NCBI GenBank assembly: GCA_024626585.2
Contig: JANKJI020000004.1
Location: 176,257,085-176,278,857, forward strand
Length of the DNA: 21,773 bases
Direction of reading: 5' to 3'
From: Ginkgo biloba
Taxonomy: Eukaryota > Plantae > Ginkgophyta
Made by a program: the position numbers and the translations under genes. A model generated the notes under the pieces. It ran no database searches. It saw only the letters and a list, made by a program, of their open reading frames with translations, and was not told the DNA's origin. Positions 1 to 10,433 of the stretch are shown here, one piece after another; position 1 is the stretch's first letter; each line of letters begins with the position of its first letter.

Positions 1-349
1 AGCCAGGTTTGAATTCCCTTTCATCTTTTAATTTTTCCTATAAAACTAGTGTCTGTCGTAGACTTCTGTATGTTGTGCCTTTGTGACCCCCTTGTAGCCC
101 CCCATTCACCATAAATTTTTGAGCATATGCATAACAAAGTTATTTTCTTATGTTAATATGTGCCTCTGGGATCTCACTGTAATTCATCGAAAAAATGTGC
201 CTCTGTGGGGTGCTTTTAAACTGAGCACTGAGCCCCTCTCTCTTTTCAATGGGATCTTAGGATGGCCTGGGATCCTACCAAGTGTCATTGTCCTGTGAGA
301 CTAGGCTTGTGCCCCTTTTATCCTTGTGTATTTTCCCTTTCATCTAAGC

Positions 350-850
350 ACGAGGGGAGGAGCCTCAGGATGGCATCACTTGGCACCATCGCCCATCCCC
401 TTTCGTTCTTTTAATACTTTGGGCATCACCCTTTTATTTCCTTTATGCTATTTGGGTTAGACCATGAGGGGAGGATCCTCGAGATGGTGCCACTTGGCAT
501 CATAGTGGGCATATTGAGTCCCACGACCCCTTTTCTCTTTTCCTTGAGGCCCCTCACTACTGCGAGGGGAAGATCATGGGATCTCATCATGTGGAAATAT
601 CTTTAGATCTCCTCCTCATGGGCATTATCACCCAGCATCAAGGGTCCTTTCAAAATGCCCGATGGGAGGAGCCCGAGGGCATGCCACTTGTCAACTTCTT
701 AGGCATTCTAGGCCCTACGAGACCTTCTACCAATTTCGCCAAGCCATTTGAATGCCACGAGGGGAGATCTAGCGCAGGCTCACCATGTGTCCCATTTGTA
801 CATGCCTACATACAAGAGACTCAAAATACCCCGTGAGAGCACTTTTCATA
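350..850 (+). repeat. GC-richer dispersed repeat, copy A, with ~100 bp-period GAGGGGAGGA...GCCACNTGGCA units
   Basis: Units begin near 351, 465, 563, 660 and 758. The 3' part CCTACATACAAGAGACTCAAAATACCCCGTGAGAG recurs inverted at ~5207-5245. Confidence 0.7.
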
Positions 851-1549
851 AAAAAACAAAATGAAATCAAACTTTAGGGGAATGAGGGGAGGACATATGG
901 AAAAATCCTGTGAAACATGACTTTATCATATATTCTTTGAAGAATTTAAGTGGATGTCTTTATGGATTTCACTGGTGTTCTATTTCTTCATGGGGAGCTT
1001 GATTAGTCAGTGCAGATACTCAGGGAAAGAGAACATGGCCACAACTCAGACAGGCGTCTTGATAGCAAAGGGGATCTGGCTAAATTTAGAGGTCCAANNN
1101 NNNNNNNNNNNNNNNNNNNNNNNNNNAAGCACTTTGAAGCTCAGGGCATAGGGATGCTGATAAAATACAAGGGTGACTTCTATGAACAAAAAGAGGCCCC
1201 TTATAGAATGGGGTGTGTTATTTAGAGGAAATAATAGAACCTATACCTTTATGTAAGAGGAATTCATATAATCCTTTTAAAACATTCTTTTTCATTTGTG
1301 CATGTAAAAGGGAGATTTTAAATCAGGAACTTAGTGAAAAGATGATGGAGACCACCATCCTTAAAGAGGGTAAGTATAGCTCGGGTTAGATATAGTGAAG
1401 ATGGATCATTATCAATTTCAATCTTCATGTTGGTAGGATCTGATAATTTCCACCTTATAAGGTGCCCAACATAAGTATTTTAGGGTGTCTAATGGTTTGA
1501 GTGATAATAGTAAGAAATAAGTGAAAATAATGAGTTCTCTACATCTATA

Positions 1550-1582
1550 ATGCAAGTAACCAAACATAAAAGTTACTTGCAT
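1550..1582. repeat. Perfect 11-bp inverted repeat with an 11-nt loop
   Basis: ATGCAAGTAAC (1550-1560) / GTTACTTGCAT (1572-1582). It shares the ATGCAAGT core with the 47-bp unit. Confidence 0.8.
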
Positions 1583-1619
1583 ACTATTTGTGAGTAAGCC
1601 ACTTGCATATAGGTTGTAC

Positions 1620-1739
1620 GTGAATTCCCATCAAATGTTAGAGAACTACCTATACTTAAGATGCAAGTGACTTCCCATCAATTTATGGAGAACTACCTAC
1701 ACTTAATATGCAAGTGAATTCCCATCAACTGACATAGAA
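1620..1739 (+). repeat. 47-bp tandem repeat, at least 2.5 copies, running into an N gap
   Basis: Units start at 1620, 1667 and 1714: GTGAMTTCCCATCAA-(variable)-GAGAACTACCTAYACTTAAKATGCAA. Confidence 0.9.
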
Positions 1740-2857
1740 NNNNNNNNNNNNNNNNNNNNNNNNNNNNNNNNNNNNNNNNNNNNNNNNNNNNNNNNNNNNN
1801 NNNNNNNNNNNAATACATATAGATTCAACCTTTGGTCAAAGAGGAAGAGTTGTAGCATTTTCTGTCAGATTTGAAATGAACTCAAGACGATGAAAAATGA
1901 AGCTATGTCTTGTAAGTTATTGTCAAAATTGTGGCTTCCTATCATTAAGTGAAAGAAATGAATAATGTTTTGGAGGATGTTTCTAGCAAACCTGTAACAT
2001 CAGACTATTGAGATTCTACCATGACTCTTAGCTATCCATATTCTAGGAAATAGGATGGTTCAAATTCCCTTTCGAGGCAATTAAAAATTTAAGTAGAAAA
2101 ATTAGAATTTAAGGGGAGTCTTTTGGATTTTGGGGTTCCTTTTCTTCTTGAAATTCTTCTCCTCGAGAAATGAAACCAGAGAGTTATAATTTTTTTACAA
2201 AGGCACTTCTAACCAAGGGAAAGATTGCAATTTTACCAAGTGTTTCACTTGTGAAACTTATAGAGGCAACAATTTTTAAGCACTTTAATTATCAATCTCA
2301 TTTAAGAGATAAGTAGCTTTGCACTTTATGGACCGTGATTCCACTTATTGATTTTCATTTGAAGAATATTTATTTCTGTTATATGACCTTTGCCTGTGAA
2401 TGTATTATTTAAACTTGTGTTCAACTCTCTTGAATTGTTTAAGATTTTAAATCTTGCTTCTACTATACATATTATGGGTTTCAAATCAGTCTATAACAAA
2501 TTTTCTAGTATATTTTTGCATATTCACGATTTTCAAATTCTCTTGATCAATTTTCATGTAAAGAATGTTTAAATTTTACCAACTTGTGACCTCATAAGAA
2601 ATTTTAGAATGTAGGTCATACACGAGTAATTACAGTGATGGAAAATTTGAATTCGAAGAAAATAAGAAAAATTGAGAAGGAATAAGAAATATATTAGGTG
2701 TAAATAAATTAATGAACATATTTGCGAGAGTGTGTAAGTAGTGTAGAAAGATAAATTATGACCTACATGAATTGAAGGGAAACTTTTAGCAAAAAGAGAA
2801 GAAAAGGAACCATAGGAAAAATAAGAAAGGGTACATGAAGTAGTGGAGGATGATGGT

Positions 2858-3308
2858 TGTTATTGCCCATTTTAACACCTATGATATCTATGCCAACCAT
2901 TTAACCTATAAATCACTATTTATATCGTGACCACTTGCATATACCTTAGTTGACCTTGTGGCATTTCATGATTATCCTATGGTTAGCCATAAACAATCAT
3001 TATTATCCTATAAATACCCATTTTTTATAGTTNNNNNNNNNNNNNNNNNNNNNNNNNNNNNNNNNNNNNNNNNNNNNNNNNNNNNNNNNNNNNNNNATCT
3101 TTCATCCAATTAGGTATTATCCTTCTTGATGAAATTTCTCACCACATTTACATCTCATCGTGTGTTCTCTTTCTCTTGTTATAATATCTCATGATTTTTT
3201 TGTGCATATTTATATTAAGGACATTACATGCATAAAGAACCCCTGTAGTCCTTTGAATGTGTTCTTGATGGGTATCACATCAAAGAAGTGGCATCTTCCA
3301 CCAATATA
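2858..3308 (+). repeat. Putative 5' LTR
   Basis: Starts TGTTATTGCCC, contains TATAAATA at 3009-3016, and ends just before the PBS-like site. The first 130 bp are repeated at 4860. The 3' boundary is inferred from the PBS only. Confidence 0.55.
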
Positions 3309-3311
3309 TTT

Positions 3312-3329
3312 TGGTGAACATACTGGGGA
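3312..3329 (+). other. Decayed primer-binding site (tRNA-Arg type)
   Basis: TGGTGAACATACTGGGGA matches 13/18 positions of the Ogre/Tat PBS TGGCGACTCCACTGGGGA (recalled consensus). Confidence 0.5.
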
Positions 3330-4859
3330 ATGCAATCCATTCCCCAAAACTTGCACTCTATGTTATAATTCATGTGTAGGTTCATTCTATGGCTCTATTC
3401 TTCTTTCAATGGGAATTATGTTAAGAAAAATACATACATTTATATGGTATGGGCTTCTAGACCAAGACTTCTATGATGCTCTCGTCAATGGATTTTGTGC
3501 ATTCAGCGTATTGGTGCTACATTAATGTCTCACAATTCCTATGTATCATTTCTACGTCAACGACTAATATCAATGACTCTCATGCATTACCTTCTACACA
3601 CACTCTAACCATGATGCAACTCAATAATGTTAATAGGGATCTACTCAACCATGCTATGTAATGGTGCTCACACATCAACTCTACCCATCAATGGATTGCT
3701 ATTATGCACATGTAGGTTATTTAGATGTCTAATGTCTGAATTATTTATTTAGTGTTTCTAGATCATACCAATTTATAATTTGTATCAATTACTCATTATG
3801 CCTCAATGTCCCCTTAACATATCTCATCAAAGATAGATATGCACTCACTATGCCATAGCCCATCTGCTCATTTGTTATTTTATCATGACTACATTGATGG
3901 TAACAACAATAGTCTTTACACATCATACTGCATATTACTCCTATATCTTCCTCGGTGTATTACGTCTTGGATGTTGGCCCCATTCACATACATAATACAT
4001 TCATTCAGTTGTGTTGATTTCATTTTCTTTGTCAATTATTTGTTGCTCCTGTGCATCACTCGATGATCCTTAGCATGTGGTTCATGTACAAAATTTATTC
4101 TATGGATTCACCTTCTCCATGGATATTATACTTTAACATTTAATGTAGCAACAACATTCATAATAAATAGGTGAAAAATGCAATGATACCATTTATGTGG
4201 TTTATGTCCATTTCTCAAGATAGATTGATTCAAAGGTTGATCATTAGAACATTAATCATAGACCATGTGATCCCCTTTGATTAGTGCCATAATCACCTCC
4301 TGTATTGCATGGGATACTTGAACTTCATTTAAGATATCATTCTTTCCTCTTTTGGATGATTTTTGACCAATATAAAGGAAATTGTCAAATCTTATCTGAT
4401 CCACAAATTGAAAATTCTATGATTACATTCCCTATACCACTACCAAACACTACTGAACTAATCGACTGACATGAATAGTCATAAACCAGTAAGGATAGGA
4501 GGAAATTCAAAGAGACATGTCATAGTAAAGCCAACCATAGGTGGCACATATGATTATAATACCAAAATGACATGGATCAAATTTGATGTAAGTTACTCTT
4601 AACTCAACCATGCACATACAAATTTCTTTTGGCTACATAAAAAACTAATACATAAACAATAATAAAATTTACCTCTGCTCATGATTATGGTTTATATTTA
4701 TATTCTTACTACATATATATTTTCATGTATAACTCTCCTTTTGAGGTTCTATGAGAACCATTTATATCACCATCATATATTTACCATTATCAACAATCTT
4801 TCATTTTGGCATTTATGCCCATTTAGGAGACTTTTATCATAATCACATAGGAGAGAACT

Positions 4860-4989
4860 TATCATCTCCTATTTTAGAACCTATGATATCCATGCCATCC
4901 ATTTAACTTATGCATCACTATTTACATCATGACCAATTACATATCCCTTAACTATTCTTATGGAATTTCATGATTACCCTATGGTTAGT
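4860..4989 (+). repeat. Putative 3' LTR, truncated
   Basis: ~80% identical to 2858-2987 and preceded by a PPT-like tract. Similarity is lost at ~5000. Confidence 0.7.
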
Positions 4990-5194
4990 GTTAAGCATAT
5001 TTGCCTAACGGGTGCACAGTAAGTCCCTACTCTAAGATATCACATTCAACTCATAAGATAGCACATTCACATCCATNNNNNNNNNNNNNNNNNNNNNNNN
5101 NNNNNNNNNNNNNNNNNNNNNNNNNNNNNNNNNNNNNNNNNNNNNNNNNNNNNNNNNNNNNNNNNNNNNNNNNNNNCTTTGTCCCTTTAAATTT

Positions 5195-5706
5195 TGTATA
5201 AAATTTCTCTCATGGGGTATTCGATTGAGTCTCTTATGCATAGGTGCCTGAGTAGTTGATGCATGGAAGGCCTCCACTAAATCAACACCTCACATGTAGT
5301 TCCAAGAGAGTAAAGTGAAAAACTTATTCAAAAGTATCGTGGGCCTCATAATGGATGAGATTGTGACATATGTCATCATCTTAGGCACTATCTCCCCGCA
5401 TGGTTTTAAAACTTAGAAAATATTTCAAATCGGTCTCAAGGGTGAGAGGGAATGAGATCATGCCACATGGCATGATATTATGCCTTAGGGTCTCACTACA
5501 TTTAGGACTTGGTAAATTAATTCAAAAATCCTGTGGGTGCCTGATTGAGCGAGATGGTAATGCGTGGCGGCATTGAGGTGAGTCCCCTTTGTAGTCTTTT
5601 AAGAAATATTTTGGGACTTGGTCAATTTTCTTGAGTAAAATTATAGTGAGTTAAGGGTTCATGAGATTGTGCCATGTGACATGATCCCATGATCCCTCCC
5701 CTCACA
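5195..5706 (-). repeat. Inverted copy B of the same repeat family
   Basis: The reverse complement gives CCTATGCATAAGAGACTCAATCGAATACCCCATGAGAG (cf. 805-839) and GTGAGGGGAGGATCATGGGATCATGTCACATGGCAC (cf. 562-597). Confidence 0.7.
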
Positions 5707-7021
5707 TCACTTTGTTTTTTTTCTTATTTTAGATAGAGGAAAGGCTGTAGGGAGTTTGCGAAAGCATAGTGCAAAGGGACTAGTCATGCGATTGCACACG
5801 ATTCTAAGGTGGATGTCGATTCATGATAAAATTATAAGCAAAGATTAACCCAATTCATAATGGGCATTTATATAAGGAAGGGATCATTTTGGATTTTAGG
5901 GCCTCTTCTTAAGAAGGAAGATATCAAAGGCGACTCCATTAATGTATTTGGCACGAAGAATCTCCTACATCTACCAGGAGTTATGATTAGTCTCGATTGA
6001 GATGAATTTGTCACTACTTGGGCATGGCAGCCCATCTCATTGTATAACAACCCATACTAGTTGTAGGTGGCCCTCATAATGGTACGGGTCTCATTAGGGG
6101 ATTCAATTTTGATAATGACCTCTAAACCAATTTTAAAACTAAAAAAGGGAAGATCTATCTCAGTGTTGGGAGGGAGGTATAAACATATAAATATTTGTAG
6201 TTCTAGGGGTTCGGCCCCATTTTATAAAATCACTCCAAAGAGGGTTTCCTGGTGGTGAAGTTGATTGTTCTTGAGGACTGATACTATTACAAAATTGTTA
6301 AACAGAGGGTCTTGCNNNNNNNNNNNNNNNNNNNNNNNNNNNNNNNNNNNNNNNNNNNNNNNNNNNNNNNNNNNNNNNNNNNNNNNNNNNNNNNATGCAA
6401 GGGGATGTGGCACCTTCTCTATAGTGTTCATAATCTGATGTGTTTTACTGCTATTCATGGTATCAAAGCTACAATGTGGATTGATTTTTGAGAGAGGTTT
6501 ATTGGTTCTTTTATGAGCTTGATGATCCAAAGGATTGTGCTAGGCTAGTCTTTTGGTGTATATAGTGGTGTGATATGTGCTATTCTGTAAGAGGCTTGTT
6601 TGATGCGCNNNNNNNNNNNNNNNNNNNNNNNNNNNNNNNNNNNNNNNNNNNNNNNNNNNNNNNNNNNNNNNCGTTAAGATCCTGAAGGTAGTAAGGTAAA
6701 TTTGAGCTAGTGCTAGGTTTAACATCCTCCCTTGTGAAGCCAAGCTCCTATTATTTTATTAATGGCTTGTTTGTGCAGTTTTCCTTCCTTCCTGGAGCAC
6801 ATGGAAGTTTGAGTGTTTGCTGAGCCCCATGTGCTATGGTTTTATCTTTATTTCTCTGTTTGCCTTACCCTTCTCTCCCCTTTTTTGTGNNNNNNNNNNN
6901 NNNNNNNNNNNNNNNNNNNNNNNNNNNNNNNNNNNNNNNNNNNNNNNNNNNNNNNNNNNNNNNNNNNNNNNNNNNNNNNNNNNNNNNNNCTTTTACCATC
7001 ATTCCTTGAGAATTTATTCAA

Positions 7022-7264
7022 CGTGAGGCAGGGACTGATGGGATTATGCCACTTGTCATATCCATAAGATTCCTCATACCTGTGCCCCTTAGAACTCCAT
7101 TTTATAATAGCCAAACTATTACAAGATAGGGAGTCATAAGATTATGATAGATGGCACCATCTTGGGACTTCTGGTGCATGGGACCCTTTAATCCAATTCA
7201 TCAAGTGTTTGGATCTACTATAAGGAGAGGGCCCATAGGATCTTGCCATGTGGAAACATCTCAT
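7022..7264 (+). repeat. Copy C of the same motif family
   Basis: CGTGAGGCAGGGACTGATGGGATTATGCCACTTGTCA (7022) and AGGAGAGGGCCCATAGGATCTTGCCATGTGGAAACATCTCAT (~7223) align to the units in copies A and B. Confidence 0.55.
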
Positions 7265-7743
7265 ATTCTTCGATGCCTATGTTTAAAACACTTTATAAAA
7301 CCCATGAAAATCATAATTTCATATCAAACAGTAACAAGAGTGAATAAACACAAAAGGGTTCCATGTGTCTGACTCCTATAAAAATGCAAATTCTTCTAAT
7401 AAACACTAAGTCATTCTCAGATATGTTTTTTACTCGGTTATGTGTCGATTGGCTTTGAAAACTCTAGTTTCTGAGGGATGTAAAAGAGAGGTTTGTTATG
7501 GGGCCTTAAGGCAATATGCAAAACTAAATTAATCAACATTAGGGGTCCTTACGTATTTGAATGCTAAAGCGACTAATTTAGGGGGTTCTAGATTGAAATT
7601 CAAGTGGTGGACTACCATAAAGATATAAACNNNNNNNNNNNNNNNNNNNNNNNNNNNNNNNNNTTGAGGGAAGGTACTCACTAGGGAAGAAATGTGGAGA
7701 TGTGTTGTGCAACAACAAAATGGTTTTTAAATTTTAGTATAGA

Positions 7744-7855
7744 AGGCGGTTTCTAACTTTTAAAGATATTTTTCTCCATTGGAATAGGTGGTTTTTTATC
7801 ATTATAGGTGGTTTTAACATCTTTCCAGGTGGTTTCTAGGTTTATGGGTAGTTTT
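7744..7855 (+). repeat. Phased AGGYGGTTTY motif array
   Basis: Copies at 7744, 7786, 7806, 7827 and 7846 (degenerate), with spacings 42, 20, 21 and 19. Confidence 0.7.
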
Positions 7856-8429
7856 AGTAGGTTCCAACTCTTCATGGAGTCTCCCTGAGTACATAAAAGT
7901 TAAAATTTTTAGGGGAATCTCTTTACTTTAGGATCCATCCCCTCAAATTTTCCAGGCATCCACTGCACCCTCAGTGGCCTCCTTCCCTAGGCGCCACCTT
8001 CCTAGGCCCCTACTTGCTAGCTCTAAGGCCCCCCTTGGGCCCCTGAGCCATAAATATCCCTACACCCTACTATGGACCTTGACACCACTATGGATTCCCT
8101 TTTCACCCTTCNNNNNNNNNNNNNNNNNNNNNNNNNNNNNNNNNNNNNNNNCCCTGAGGGTTTGTAGTCCCTTGCCTAGGCTCTTGTGAGCCTATAGGCC
8201 CTATGCATATTGCGTAGGTCTGTGTTAGATGCCCCACACCTAACCAACCCCTAAAGGATTTAAAATTAATTTAAATAAGGCCCCTGACCCTACCCACTAC
8301 ATCTAACACACCCCCTAGGTGATCACACAACATGCAAATCGATCCAACACAAGAAAAAAAATTCGATCAACCGACATTTTTTCACAAAAAAAAAATTATT
8401 ATTTTTTTTTCCTAAAGGGTTATTTATTG

Positions 8430-8468
8430 TTTTAGTTTCCTAAAGTTAAACACTTTAGGAAACTAAAA
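8430..8468. repeat. Perfect 17-bp inverted repeat with a 5-nt loop
   Basis: TTTTAGTTTCCTAAAGT (8430-8446), TAAAC, ACTTTAGGAAACTAAAA (8452-8468). Confidence 0.9.
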
Positions 8469-8854
8469 TAACTTTGAAATGAAATATTCCAAAGAATAAT
8501 CCTCTTTTAATAAAAAAGGTTTTATAAAAATTATTTGTCAAACTCACTTTATTAGACCTTTTTTGACGTTGTTTGCACCTCCAAACTTTGATTTTTATAA
8601 TTTTTTGGCCTGTAGACTCTATATTTTAGTGACTTCCATGTCAGTCACCTTATCGTGGGTATTCTCTTGTGTATTTACATTTTTTCATATTTTCTTAATT
8701 TTTTTTTCCTTTTTTACATTGTCAATTCAAAACNNNNNNNNNNNNNNNNNNNNNNNNNNNNNNNNNNNNNNNNNNNNNNNNNNNNNNNNNNNNNNNNNNN
8801 NNNNNNNNNNNNNNNNNNNNNNNNNNNNNNNNNAACTAAACATTAATTATCTCT

Positions 8855-9285
8855 CGTTTCTAAGATCAAATATAAATGCCCATTCCATCGGTCCTCTGAA
8901 CACTTTGCTCACGGAAACACGGAGAGCTACATATTAATTTTGTTTTATATATTTCATTACCAAGGGAAAACGGCATAGTAGAACATTTTCTGAGTTAAGG
9001 TGCCGCGTTAAGGGGGCCTTCATCGATTCAGTCAAACACTCCAAAATTTATTTCTGTGTTGACTATCGAACGCAANNNNNNNNNNNNNNNNNNNNNNNNN
9101 NNCAATGACGGTGGTGGAATCGTGTGGAATCGTGTAAGTATACGTAAAAGACAAAATGAGTATTCAATAGAATATTTCGACTCCGTGTTACTTATTTCAA
9201 AATTTGTTTATGTGTCCTTTTAACGAGCATACGAAACGGCCTAGCCTAGTCATACTCATGGGTAAAGGTCAAGTGATTCAACGTC
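8855..9285. promoter_or_regulatory. CpG-retaining island, candidate cis-regulatory region
   Basis: About 20 CpG in ~430 bp, against near absence in the AT-rich relic regions. Contains TATAAAT 8871-8877, CCGCGTT 9003-9009, W-boxes at 9030-9035, 9059-9064 and 9267-9272, and TGACG 9106-9110. Confidence 0.4.
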
Positions 9286-9965
9286 CTTGTGTAGACAACA
9301 AACCTTTGAATGTCCAAATTAGTTGTAGATTTTATTATTATCATTTATGTGTGTGAATATGGAATTTGTTCATATTTGTGTGGCTTTTGTAATATTATTT
9401 TATTAACTATGCATGAGATAGATTAGTTTAGTTCTCTTAGCTAATGGGGTTGGTTTGCACAATGGATGTGCTCGCCCCTACTAACATCAACTAGATTGGC
9501 CACGGGTCTGTGTAACCTCTTACTCGACCTTCCCTTCCTATCCTTGTGGTTTTGTGTGCGTGCATTTGTAATAAATAAGTCCTCCCACATTGTTGTGTAA
9601 TAAACCAGTCGAATGCACCTCTGTTGTTGCCTTGGGATTGTTCCTACGACTATAAAATCTCCTCTACTTCCCTCTCCTCTACTCCAAATGGGAGTGAAAT
9701 GAAACTAGTAATTCATGTGTCAAAAGTAATTATTTTGGGTGGATCAATAATCTCACTAAAGGAACACATATGATAAAGATATAACACTCTAAACCAATGT
9801 GCTTTAAAATATAACAAGCATAGGAAGCCAAGTGGTAAGAAGCATGAAATGATAACCAAAACATTAAATATGCTATAGCAATGAGGCTCATGATGTGATA
9901 ATTAGTGGTGTGCTATATCAAGGTAATCAATACTAAAATGATGATACTACTATAAGGGTAAGAAC

Positions 9966-10026
9966 ATGCACCGTGGTTTTCCCTTGACCATACCTAGTTG
10001 GGTAGAAATATATTGATGATACATTG
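9966..10026 (+). pseudogene. Ty3/Gypsy RT catalytic motif relic (YIDD)
   Basis: MHR(+1 nt)VFP*PYLVG*KYIDDTL versus the chromovirus consensus LMNRVF.PYLDKFV.VFIDDIL. YIDD is at 10009-10020. Confidence 0.6.
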
Positions 10027-10433
10027 AAATTAAAGTGGATGAAACATGTATTTTCTTCTTTACTATTAATTTCCCAATAGATATATCACAATTTGTGGTA
10101 AAGACAATTGGAACTAGTGCCTTCCTTAANNNNNNNNNNNNNNNNNNNNNNNNNNNNNNNNNNNNNNNNNNNNNNNNNNNNNNNNNNNNNNNNNNNNNNN
10201 NNNNNNNNNNNNNNNNNNNNNNNNNNNNNNNNNNNNNNNNNNNNNNNNNNNNNNNNNNNNNNNNNNNNNNNNNNNNNNNNNNNNNNNNNNNNNNNNNNNN
10301 NNNNNNNNNNNNNNNNNNNNNNNNNNNNNNNNNNNNNNNNNNNNNNNNNNNNNNNNNNNNNGCATTGTGATTTCACTCACTCTATCATATTTTTGTGCCA
10401 CACTAATATGCTACCACATTTGTACATCATCTA

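Larger units (their letters stand above)
2858..4989 (+). mobile_element. Short, probably non-autonomous or internally deleted LTR retrotransposon (Tat/Ogre-like PBS)
   Basis: Ungapped direct repeat 2858-2987 vs 4860-4989 (26 mismatches in 130 by hand count, ~80%), starting TG. A PBS-like site lies at 3312-3329 and a purine tract AGGAGAGAA at 4849-4857 just before copy 2. Confidence 0.65.

Noticed and set aside
576-836. 86-aa ORF
   Set aside because: It lies within the GC-richer non-coding repeat, and the open frame is explained by composition.
1620-1739. CRISPR-like array
   Set aside because: The units are contiguous with no spacer-length unique sequence, there are no cas genes, and the context is eukaryotic TE DNA.
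3160-3525. 121-aa ORF
   Set aside because: It straddles the putative LTR/PBS, starts at GTG and has no domain signal.
9105-9140. Micro-exon ATG...|GTAAGT
   Set aside because: There is a good donor site but no identifiable downstream exon, and it is adjacent to a gap.
9222-9250. Helitron 3' end (CTAG|T)
   Set aside because: No convincing GC-rich hairpin upstream of the CTAG.
9583-9700. snRNA gene with a USE + TATA promoter
   Set aside because: USE-TATA spacing is 58 nt, longer than in plant snRNA promoters, and no recognisable snRNA body follows.
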